24,000 nucleotides of DNA from Heliomicrobium undosum (GCF_009877425.1 NZ_WXEY01000002.1:52960-76959); one strand, 5' to 3'. Shown: positions 13,993 through 21,580, counted from the first letter of the stretch. The notes: a model not told the origin generated them from the sequence alone. Made by a program: numbers and translations.

Positions 13993-15042
13993 ATGCTCGT
14001 TCATCCCCGAACCATTCGGGAAAATTTCCGTGGCAACCGGCTATTTTTCGGGCAGATGGCGCTGTTGGGGAAGACAATGGATATCACCCTGGTCGTTTTC
14101 CCGCCAAAGCATGTCGACTGGCAGCGCTGTCACGTGAAGGGGTATGTCTATGACAGCCGGAGACAGCGCTGGATTCTGCGACGAACGCCCATTCCGGATG
14201 TCGTCTATGACCGCTATATCCCCCATGATTTGCAAACAGCCAGGGTGATCTCCTGCAGGCGGGCCTTCCAGATGCGGGGGATTCCCATCTTCAATCCCCC
14301 CTTCGGCGGCAAATACGGTGTCTACCGGCGACTGCTCAATGATCCGGCCATCGCTCCCCACCTGCCGGAAACGCGATTGCTCATGGGAGAGCGGGGGTGG
14401 TCATCCAGGCTGGCAGCATGGCGGAAGGTGTACCTCAAACCGGACAAGGGATCAAAAGGCAAGGGGATCATCCGCATGTCCCTAGCTGGAGAAGAAGAGG
14501 TCGTCGTCGAGCCAACGGGCGGGCAGAGACAGTACTTGCGACGCAAGGCAGCCTGGCGGTGGCTCAAGAGCCGGACGTTAGGGCAGCGCTACCTGATCCA
14601 GCGGGCCATCGAACCGGCTTGCTGGAAGGGGCGCATCTATGACCTGCGCGTCCTGGTCCAGCGGGAGATGCGCGGGCAATGGGAGGTCACTGGGGGCAGC
14701 GCGCGGGTGACGGGCAATGGGATCACCTGCAACCTGCACACCGGCGCCAGCGCCGCGCCGCTTTCGGAGGCGCTGGCAGAGAGCGGTGTTGAGGTGACGG
14801 CGGAACAGGTTTTTGCGCTGTCCCTGCGCATCGCCCACGCCCTGTCCCGCCACTACCCGGGACTGGCGGAACTAGGGCTCGACTTCCTGGTTGATCGCGA
14901 AGGCAGGGTATGGTTTTTAGAAGCCAATTCACGCCCCGGGCGGAGCATCTTCAGTCGCATCGGCGACTTGCAAGGGCGCCTCACGGCGGTCCGCCGGCCC
15001 TTGGAGTATGCGCGGTATCTGGCAGGGAAAGAGGCCGGGTGA
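13993..15042 (+). CDS. YheC/YheD-family ATP-grasp ligase, paralogue 1
   Basis: Shares blocks with the next two ORFs: VYLKPDKGSKGKGI (ATP-Lys loop), YDLRVLVQ, TCNLHTGASA, and ELGLDFLVDREGRVWFLEANSRPGR (Mg/ATP E-x-N). The start is uncertain. ATG 13993 is the first ATG after the divergent gene. TTG 13960, or ATC/ATT 13981/13984 downstream of GGAGGGGGTG, are alternatives. The 13711 start overlaps the opposite-strand gene and is rejected. Confidence 0.8.
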   Translation: MLVHPRTIRENFRGNRLFFGQMALLGKTMDITLVVFPPKHVDWQRCHVKGYVYDSRRQRWILRRTPIPDVVYDRYIPHDLQTARVISCRRAFQMRGIPIFNPPFGGKYGVYRRLLNDPAIAPHLPETRLLMGERGWSSRLAAWRKVYLKPDKGSKGKGIIRMSLAGEEEVVVEPTGGQRQYLRRKAAWRWLKSRTLGQRYLIQRAIEPACWKGRIYDLRVLVQREMRGQWEVTGGSARVTGNGITCNLHTGASAAPLSEALAESGVEVTAEQVFALSLRIAHALSRHYPGLAELGLDFLVDREGRVWFLEANSRPGRSIFSRIGDLQGRLTAVRRPLEYARYLAGKEAG

Positions 15043-15046
15043 GAGC

Positions 15047-16381
15047 ATGGGCACCATCTACCTGACGGCCCACCAGGCCGGGACAATCGGCGTCGAAGCG
15101 GGGAAAGCAGTCCTCATCCGCGCCGGCGTGCTCTCCTGGCAGGCAAATGTCCGTGTCGTTTCAACCAAACTGCAGTCCCCGCTCGCTCCGGGCGTGCTGT
15201 CCGGCCTGCACTGGCCTGCCGATCTACCCTATCAACTCACCTACTCGAAAGAGGAGCAGGCCTTTGTCGCCGGTCCTCTGCTCGGTATTTTTTCCTACCG
15301 TTATCCAAACAAATCCTACCTCTGGTCGTCTCACTTAAAAGAAACCCAGCGCTACGCCCGTGACTTGGGCGTTATTGCTGTCGTTTTTAGTCCTCAGGAC
15401 ATTGATTGGGGGGAGCGGACGGTGACAGGCGTCATCCTCGTCGGTGATGAGTGGCGCAAGAAGACCTTCCCCATCCCCCGGGTCGTCTATAACCGAATTC
15501 CTTCGCGAAAGGTAGAGAACCTGCCGGAGGTCATCGACTGCAAAAATCATCTGCTCGAAATACCGGGCCTGATTCTCTTCAACCCCCGCTACCTCGACAA
15601 GTGGGAGACCCACCGTCTGCTCCAGCAGCACGTCGCCGTCCGGTCGCTTCTGCCGGAAACGCGCCTGTTGCAGAAAGCGGAGGATATCTGGCCCTTGCTT
15701 AAAGAGCACCGCGTCGTCTACATTAAACCGATCCATGGGACCCAGGGATATGGCATCTACCGGATCGGCCTCCACCCGTCAGGGGGGTACTCCTGGATCG
15801 GCTGCCAATCGGCGGTCACCCTGGGGCTGGCGTACACGCGAAACGCGATTGAAGCCAAGATCAAACGGCTCCTTGAACGAACCGCCTATGTGGCGCAGCA
15901 GGGGTTGCGCCTGGCCTTGATCGAGGGGGCGCCCTTCGACATCCGCCTGCTGGCGCAGAAAGACGGCCGAGGGAAATGGGGGATTACCAAGGCGTTCGGC
16001 CGGATTGCCCCGCCGGGCAAGTTCACCTCCAACCTCAGCCAAGGCGGAAAGGCGATGGGCATCCTCAATTCCTTGAAGGCCGCCTCGCTGCCGCCGAAGC
16101 GAAAACGGTCGACCATCCTCAGAGAATTGCAGCGGTGGGGGGGAGCACTGCCCCGCATCTTGGAGGAGAGCGCTGGATTTACACTGGGGGAATTGGGGCT
16201 AGACATGGCAATTGACCGAAGCGGCAAGGTCTGGTTGCTGGAAATCAACGCCAAACCCTTCAAACGGCTCGACGAAGGGGAGGGGGATCCGCGGCTCGTC
16301 CGTCTTTCCCTGGAGCGGCCAGTCGTCTATGGGCGCTTCCTGGACGGATTTGAGGACGAAGGAAGGGGCCGATCTCCATGA
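15047..16381 (+). CDS. YheC/YheD-family ATP-grasp ligase, paralogue 2, with a unique ~85-aa N-terminal extension
   Basis: ATG 15047 lies 4 nt after the stop of paralogue 1. Blocks: VYIKPIHGTQGYGI, FDIRLLAQK, TSNLSQGGKA, ELGLDMAIDRSGKVWLLEINAKPFK. The N-terminal MGTIYLTAHQAGTIGVEAGKAVLIRAGVLSWQANVRVV... has no counterpart in paralogues 1 and 3. Confidence 0.85.
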   Translation: MGTIYLTAHQAGTIGVEAGKAVLIRAGVLSWQANVRVVSTKLQSPLAPGVLSGLHWPADLPYQLTYSKEEQAFVAGPLLGIFSYRYPNKSYLWSSHLKETQRYARDLGVIAVVFSPQDIDWGERTVTGVILVGDEWRKKTFPIPRVVYNRIPSRKVENLPEVIDCKNHLLEIPGLILFNPRYLDKWETHRLLQQHVAVRSLLPETRLLQKAEDIWPLLKEHRVVYIKPIHGTQGYGIYRIGLHPSGGYSWIGCQSAVTLGLAYTRNAIEAKIKRLLERTAYVAQQGLRLALIEGAPFDIRLLAQKDGRGKWGITKAFGRIAPPGKFTSNLSQGGKAMGILNSLKAASLPPKRKRSTILRELQRWGGALPRILEESAGFTLGELGLDMAIDRSGKVWLLEINAKPFKRLDEGEGDPRLVRLSLERPVVYGRFLDGFEDEGRGRSP

Positions 16382-17484
16382 CGGGGCCTTATGTAGGGAT
16401 TCTGGCCGCCGGCGAAGGGTCGAAAACAGCACCTTTTGGCCGGTGGTCGCCGGCGATCGCTGAAACAGTGAATGCCTTGCGCCTGCGGGGGATCAATGCC
16501 GTCGCCGTGGCTGTCGACGACCTGGGACAGAAACGCTTCGTGAGGGTCTGGCGGCCGGGGGTGGGGCATCGTTGGCATGGGGAACTCAAGGCAGCGCCAA
16601 AAATCCTCTACAACCGCATCCTCAACCGCAGCCGGGAGCACCGGCCTGAGGTGCAGTCACTCTTGCGCACTTTAACACAGCAGGGGGATATCCTTTTCAA
16701 TCCAGGCTACCTGTCAAAGGCTGTCCTCTACCGTCACCTGTCCGGCAGCGCAGTGGCTGACTACCTGCCGGAAACGTCGCTGCAGCCGGCGCCGTCAGAC
16801 GTGCTGGCTATGCTGGCGCGCCGCTCCTGCCTGTATCTGAAACCGGTCGACAGTTGCGGCGGCAGGGGGATCTTTCAGATCCGTCAGAACGGTCCCGCCT
16901 GGCAGGTGACGGAGGTCCGCAAGAAGATCGCCCTTACGTCTTCCTTCCATGAAAGGCAGGAACTGCTGGCCTGGCTCGACCGTCTGCTACACCGGCGTGA
17001 GTACCTGTGCCAGCAGGCCTTGTCGCTTGATCGCATCGATGGCCGGCCCTATGACTTTCGCGTCCTCGTCCAAAAAGATGGTCGGGGCCGCTGGACGTAC
17101 GTTGATGCCGGTATCCGGCTGGCTGCGCCCGGTCACGTGGTTACCCACCGTCCCAACGGAGGGCGGATCCTTCGCCGGGAGCAGTTGCTGCGCCTCCGAT
17201 TCGACCGCTTTCGTTGGAAAGCCATTGAATCAGAAATAGCGGCAGCGGCCATCGCGGCGGCCCGCGCACTCGAGGCAGGCAGCGGAGAGCACTTTGGGAT
17301 TTTGACATTGGATATGGGCTTAGAACGGACTAGTGAACGTTTATGGCTCCTGGAGATCAACGCCAAGCCGGGACGTTTTGACGAACCCTGGATTCAACTG
17401 AAAAGCGACTACCTGCTGGCATCGTACATCAGACATCTGGCGGCCCGGAGGGGGGAGTTTCATGAAAATATATATTCACCATGA
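16378..17484 (+). CDS. YheC/YheD-family ATP-grasp ligase, paralogue 3
   Basis: ATG 16378 overlaps the stop TGA 16379-16381 (ATGA). Blocks: LYLKPVDSCGGRGI, YDFRVLVQKDGRGRW, THRPNGGRI, ILTLDMGLERTSERLWLLEINAKPGR. Confidence 0.85.
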   Translation: MTGPYVGILAAGEGSKTAPFGRWSPAIAETVNALRLRGINAVAVAVDDLGQKRFVRVWRPGVGHRWHGELKAAPKILYNRILNRSREHRPEVQSLLRTLTQQGDILFNPGYLSKAVLYRHLSGSAVADYLPETSLQPAPSDVLAMLARRSCLYLKPVDSCGGRGIFQIRQNGPAWQVTEVRKKIALTSSFHERQELLAWLDRLLHRREYLCQQALSLDRIDGRPYDFRVLVQKDGRGRWTYVDAGIRLAAPGHVVTHRPNGGRILRREQLLRLRFDRFRWKAIESEIAAAAIAAARALEAGSGEHFGILTLDMGLERTSERLWLLEINAKPGRFDEPWIQLKSDYLLASYIRHLAARRGEFHENIYSP

Positions 17485-18955
17485 ACCAAATTCAAGCGTA
17501 TCGGAATTGACGCGTCGGCTGTCTGCTCGCGGCGTCAACGTGACCGCCGGCCGGCAGGGGCCGGAAGAACCGGTCGACTGGTGGATCGAATGGGGGGCAG
17601 GGAGGGAGAGTCAATCGGCAGCCGCCCAGAGGCTGTTCAATGCGCGGGCGGTCGCTTCCCCGGCGACCGATTTTGATACGGTGGAAACGGTGCTGCAAAA
17701 AAATCACCTGCAGGCGCTGCTCGGGGAGGATCCCAGCCGTTGGCCCCTCTCCGTCTGGCCGAAGGAATACCTGATCTATCTATGGGATTGCCGCGTTGTC
17801 GCCGTTCAGCGTAAGGTCTTGATTACACAGCAACTGCGCGATCTGCTGCCTAACAAATCGGTGGCGCCTGCCTTTCACTGGGTCGAACAGTTGACACCCT
17901 GGGAAGAGGAACGGATGGTCAGCGCAGCCATCCGGGCGCTACACTGCCTGGGTATTGATTTTGGCAGAGTCCACCTGGGCGTCAACCGCTCCCGCGGCCC
18001 CATCATCCTCGGTATCGACCCGGCGCCTGTGGTCCGCAAGAGGCTGGCCCAGGCTTACGCTGAGGCGATCGCAACGTCCATCCGGGAGTGGCAGGAAAAA
18101 GCGTCTGTGACCATCGGCTCTGACCCCGAGTTCATGCTCTCCCTCGTTCCCGGTCGGCGCATGGTGCCGGCCTCCCGGTTTTTTCCGCGCACGGGGACGG
18201 TCGGTTGCGATAACCGCAGAGCCTTCGGGGCATCCGACGACCTGCCCCTGGCTGAAGTCCGCCCGGCGCCGGCCGAAAACGCGGTTGAGGCGCTCCAGCA
18301 GTTGCGCAACGTCCTCAATGAGGCGAACCGCCTCTGTCCCTACGCCAACATCGCCTGGGTGACCGGATCAGAACCCTACCCCGGTTATCCGACAGGCGGT
18401 CACATCCATTTTGGCGGACTACAGCCGAACAGCCGTCTCATTCGCGCACTTGATCAATACTTGGCATTGCCGCTGCTTTATCTGGAAAACCCGGAGACGG
18501 CTGCCCGGCGTCGCCAGTTCTACGGCGCCCTCGGCGATTTCCGTGTGAAGCCTCACGGTTTTGAATATCGCACCCCGGGATCATGGCTGGCTTCTCCGGA
18601 GACAGCCTGGATCGCCCTGCACCTGGCCGCTGTTGTGGCCCAGCACTACCGGAGGTTGGAACGGTGGGACTTCCTGCTGCCGGAGGCACAAGAGGCATTT
18701 TACAGTGGGAAGCGAAAAGCGCTCATGCCCCTGTTGCGGCAGACGCTGCTCGATTTGGTCGCCCTTGACGATTCAGAAACGATGCGCCGCCTGGCCCAGC
18801 GGATCTGGACGATGGCCGAAGAAGAGGGCTATGTCCAGGAGGACATCGATATCCGCCGCGCCTGGAAACTGCCCGTTGGGATCCATCGCTACCGGTATGT
18901 CCCTCGTCCCCGCTACAGCATCTCCTGGCTAGGCGGCAGCGCCAACCGGATCTAA
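17462..18955 (+). CDS. Fusion protein: N-terminal ATP-grasp-like (probably degenerate) domain plus C-terminal COOH-NH2 ligase (GS/GCS2-like amidoligase) domain
   Basis: ATG 17462 overlaps the end of paralogue 3 by 23 nt. The N-terminal ~210 aa end in AIRALHCLGIDFGRVHLGVNRSRGPIILGIDPAP, which is ATP-grasp C-subdomain-like but lacks E-x-N. The C-terminal ~280 aa carry IGSDPEFML, LAEVRPAP, YPTGGHIHFG and HGFEYRTPGSW, the motif set of carboxylate-amine ligases of the phiEco32-like COOH-NH2 ligase type as I recall it. Confidence 0.75.
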   Translation: MKIYIHHEPNSSVSELTRRLSARGVNVTAGRQGPEEPVDWWIEWGAGRESQSAAAQRLFNARAVASPATDFDTVETVLQKNHLQALLGEDPSRWPLSVWPKEYLIYLWDCRVVAVQRKVLITQQLRDLLPNKSVAPAFHWVEQLTPWEEERMVSAAIRALHCLGIDFGRVHLGVNRSRGPIILGIDPAPVVRKRLAQAYAEAIATSIREWQEKASVTIGSDPEFMLSLVPGRRMVPASRFFPRTGTVGCDNRRAFGASDDLPLAEVRPAPAENAVEALQQLRNVLNEANRLCPYANIAWVTGSEPYPGYPTGGHIHFGGLQPNSRLIRALDQYLALPLLYLENPETAARRRQFYGALGDFRVKPHGFEYRTPGSWLASPETAWIALHLAAVVAQHYRRLERWDFLLPEAQEAFYSGKRKALMPLLRQTLLDLVALDDSETMRRLAQRIWTMAEEEGYVQEDIDIRRAWKLPVGIHRYRYVPRPRYSISWLGGSANRI

Positions 18956-18992
18956 AAAAACCCTGCGGGATCATGCCCGACAGGGTTTTTTT
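18954..18992. terminator. Bidirectional rho-independent terminator shared by the ligase operon (+) and the MCP gene (-)
   Basis: A7 run, then stem CCCTGCGGG (18961-18969) pairing with CCCGACAGGG (18976-18985) with one bulge, then T7 (18986-18992). Confidence 0.8.
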
Positions 18993-19001
18993 CCTAAGGT
19001 C

Positions 19002-19832
19002 TCAAACCAGTTCTTGCGCCATTTCCGTGAGTCGCTCCGCCATGCGACTGATCTGGTCCAGGGCCTGGGTGATGTTTTCCGCCATGTGCACCTGAGCCTG
19101 GGTGATCTTGTTCAGTTCTTCGCCCTCTTTGGATACGGTCAGGATCAGTTGATGGATGCGGCTCAACGTGCCTGCGATCTGATCGGCTGAACTGGCGCTG
19201 TCCTGGGCCAGCTTTTGGATTTCCCCGGCCACGACGGCAAAGCCGAGGCCCAACTCGCCGGCCCGAGCGGCCTCTATGGAGGCGTTCAATCCGAGCAGGC
19301 GCGTCTGATTGGCCACCTTGCGGATGAATTTGACCACATCGTCAGTGGCGGCGACTTTTTGTTTTGCCTCCGTTGATGTCTCATTCAGCGCTGTGTTGGC
19401 TTGGGCCAGATCCTGCGAGGACTTGGCGATGATGCCAGCGGAGGCGTTTATCTCCTGGACAGAGGCGTTTAGCTCTTCCGCCATAGCTTGCAAAGCCACT
19501 TGGCGGTGAATGGGGGTCGCGAAGGCCACGGCGCCCAGGATCTCGCCGCCGGGACCGGGAATCGGCCAGCCGATAGCCATATAGTCAACGCCGTAGACAG
19601 ACTTGTCTACCTTGCGGGTGACGCGCCGGTTTTCATTGATGGCAATATAGGCTGCCGTCGTCGAGGGCAACGTATCGCCAGGGCGGATGCGGAGATTGAG
19701 GTCGGGCGCCGGGGTATAGGACAGGACCTTCAGGTTGCGGTCACAAACGGTAACGGAAGCGGCGTGAGGCAGGATTTCATTGATGTGTTTGTTGATAGCT
19801 ACAAAATGATCCAGCAAAGTCATGTCGCTCAT
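19002..19832 (-). CDS. Soluble methyl-accepting chemotaxis protein with a short signalling hairpin and a ~105-aa N-terminal sensor-like domain
   Basis: Highly conserved MCP tip [35 protein letters not shown]. No TM segment or signal peptide. 276 aa. GGAGGAG lies 5 nt upstream of ATG 19832. Confidence 0.88.
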   Translation of the reverse strand: MSDMTLLDHFVAINKHINEILPHAASVTVCDRNLKVLSYTPAPDLNLRIRPGDTLPSTTAAYIAINENRRVTRKVDKSVYGVDYMAIGWPIPGPGGEILGAVAFATPIHRQVALQAMAEELNASVQEINASAGIIAKSSQDLAQANTALNETSTEAKQKVAATDDVVKFIRKVANQTRLLGLNASIEAARAGELGLGFAVVAGEIQKLAQDSASSADQIAGTLSRIHQLILTVSKEGEELNKITQAQVHMAENITQALDQISRMAERLTEMAQELV

Positions 19833-19846
19833 CCAGACTCCTCCAT

Positions 19847-19952
19847 ATTCGATTGCCCGATTCGATTACCCAGTTGGCTTACTCCATTTGATCATCCAGT
19901 TTGCGCACCCGTTCATTCACCCGATTCCATTACCGGAACCCATTATTGCCCC
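19847..19952. repeat. Degenerate tandem array of about eight ~13-nt units (consensus ATTCGATTACCCG)
   Basis: Units: ATTCGATTGCCCG (19847-19859), ATTCGATTACCCAG (19860-19873), TTGGCTTACTCC, ATTTGATCATCCAG, TTTGCGCACCCG, TTCATTCACCCG, ATTCCATTACCGG (19924-19936), AACCCATTATTGCCCC (to 19952). The first two units are identical at 12/13 positions. Confidence 0.5.
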
Positions 19953-20065
19953 TATGCAACCGCTATAAAAGGGGAGAAGCGGCGACATTCGCGAATAGGG
20001 GAGGCATAGATTAGATACGGCATATTTATCTGAATATATCACCAATTTAGGCCTCACCTGCATTT

Positions 20066-20094
20066 ATGATAAACACAACTCCCTTCTTGGTCAA
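20066..20094 (-). promoter_or_regulatory. Candidate sigma-A promoter for the MCP gene
   Basis: The minus strand reads TTGACC (20094-20089), a 17-nt spacer, then TATCAT (20071-20066). This implies a leader of about 225 nt containing the tandem array. Confidence 0.45.
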
Positions 20095-20136
20095 CGTACG
20101 ATTTCTTTTGACAAAGTTCGCAAAGGGGCAAAACCC

Positions 20137-20165
20137 TTGCTAGTGAATGAAATAACATTTATAAA
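20137..20165 (+). promoter_or_regulatory. Candidate sigma-A promoter for gap
   Basis: TTGCTA (20137-20142), a 17-nt spacer, then TATAAA (20160-20165), about 100 nt upstream of the gap start. Confidence 0.3.
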
Positions 20166-20269
20166 AATAAAGACATACTAAATGCCCATTTTTCGCGCTT
20201 AAAAGCAGGAAATCAGAAGTGCGGGTCGAAATAGTGTCACCGAATTGTTACGTAAGGAGTGCATTATTG

Positions 20270-21274
20270 TTGGCCGTAAAAGTGGGGATTAACGGCTTCG
20301 GCCGTATCGGGCGCAACGTTTTCCGGGCAGCCGTTGACCGCGATGATGTGGAGATCGTCGCCGTCAACGTTACCTCGGATCCGCAAACGACAGCCTATCT
20401 GATGAAGTATGACTCCGTTCATGGCACTTTTAACGCCGATGTGAAAGCCACGGAAGACAGCATCATCGTCAACGGCAAACCTGCCCGCATCGTGTCTGAT
20501 CGCGACCCCGCTCGGCTTCCTTGGGGCGATCTGGGCGTTGATATTGTTATCGAGTCGACGGGGAAGTTCAATAAAGGGGAAGAAGCGGCCAAGCATCTCG
20601 TCGGCGGCGCCAAAAAGGTGATCATCACAGCGCCCGCCAAAAACGAGGACGTCACCATCGTGATGGGCGTCAATGACCATATTTACGACCCGGAGCGGCA
20701 TCATATTATCTCCAACGCCTCTTGCACGACCAACTGCCTGGCGCCGGTAGCCAAGGTGCTCCACCGTGAGTTTGGCATCGTAGAAGGCCTGATGACGACG
20801 GTCCACGCCTTTACCAACGACCAGCGCATCCTCGATGACGCCCATAAGGACCTGCGCCGCGCCCGCGCCCTCGACCTCTCCATCATTCCCACGACCACCG
20901 GGGCTGCCAAGGCCGTCTCCCTCGTCCTCCCTGAACTGGAAGGCCGGTTGAACGGTTTTTCCCTGCGCGTGCCTGTTCCGAATGTTTCTGTCGTCGACCT
21001 CGTCGTCACCCTGGAACGCTCCGTCGATAAGGAGACGATCAACGAAGCGCTCCGCGCTGCGGCCAAAGGGGATATGGAGGGGATCCTCTCCGTCTGTGAC
21101 GAGCCCCTCGTCTCCAACGATTTTCTGGGCACCCACTACTCGTCCATCGTCGACGCCTTGTCCACCATGGTCACATCAGGCCGCATGGCCAAGGTTGTCG
21201 CCTGGTATGACAACGAGTGGGGCTATTCCTGCCGCGTCCTTGATCTGGCGGCGAAGGTGGGGAAACAACTGTAG
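20270..21274 (+). CDS. gap: Type I glyceraldehyde-3-phosphate dehydrogenase (GapB-like features)
   Basis: (M)AVKVGINGFGRIGRNVFRAA, active site SNASCTTNCLAP, then TTVHAFTNDQ and WYDNEWGYSCRV. TTG 20270 lies 10 nt after AAGGAG (20254-20259); TTG 20267 is an alternative start. The 20219 start has no support. Confidence 0.92.
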   Translation: MAVKVGINGFGRIGRNVFRAAVDRDDVEIVAVNVTSDPQTTAYLMKYDSVHGTFNADVKATEDSIIVNGKPARIVSDRDPARLPWGDLGVDIVIESTGKFNKGEEAAKHLVGGAKKVIITAPAKNEDVTIVMGVNDHIYDPERHHIISNASCTTNCLAPVAKVLHREFGIVEGLMTTVHAFTNDQRILDDAHKDLRRARALDLSIIPTTTGAAKAVSLVLPELEGRLNGFSLRVPVPNVSVVDLVVTLERSVDKETINEALRAAAKGDMEGILSVCDEPLVSNDFLGTHYSSIVDALSTMVTSGRMAKVVAWYDNEWGYSCRVLDLAAKVGKQL

Positions 21275-21382
21275 GTCGAGTGTAGGTTGAGGAAAGCCTC
21301 CTGTAAAAATGCCGCCGTTGCGGATGGGATGTAGGAAGATCGCGCTCCTTTGTCGAACCTGTGAGGGGTGAGGAGGTGCCTT

Positions 21383-21553
21383 ATGGAAGCGCGCTGCATG
21401 CTCTGCGGAAAGAAGGACGAAATCGACAAAAACCATCCCAAGTGGTCCGATTTTCAAGGAAAAACGAAAATCACTGGATACATATGCCTGCGTTGTACGG
21501 CCAAGATTAATTTTGAGGCCAATGAGTCGCAAAAGGTACCTAAACCGATGTAG
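21383..21553 (+). CDS. Small CxxC...CxxC zinc-ribbon protein (YlaI/DUF2197-like, tentative)
   Basis: MEARCMLCGKKDEIDKNHPKW...GYICLRCTAKI carries two CxxC pairs. AGGAGG (21371-21376) lies 6 nt upstream of ATG 21383. Confidence 0.6.
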   Translation: MEARCMLCGKKDEIDKNHPKWSDFQGKTKITGYICLRCTAKINFEANESQKVPKPM

Positions 21554-21554
21554 G

Positions 21555-21580
21555 AACGGCGAAAGCCGTTTCTCTTTTTT
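21555..21580 (+). terminator. Rho-independent terminator after the zinc-ribbon gene
   Basis: GAACGGC-GAAA-GCCGTTTC hairpin with a GAAA tetraloop, followed by TCTCTTTTTT. Confidence 0.65.

Noticed and set aside
20010-20269. CggR-type operator or riboswitch upstream of gap
   Set aside because: I could not find the CGGGAC...TGTC direct repeats of CggR operators or any recognisable riboswitch core. Only promoter-like hexamers and a weak hairpin (GCAAAGGGgcaaaaCCCTTGC) without a U-run are present.
20264-21136. 290-aa ORF on the minus strand
   Set aside because: Antisense to the highly conserved GAPDH gene, with no motifs and no RBS.
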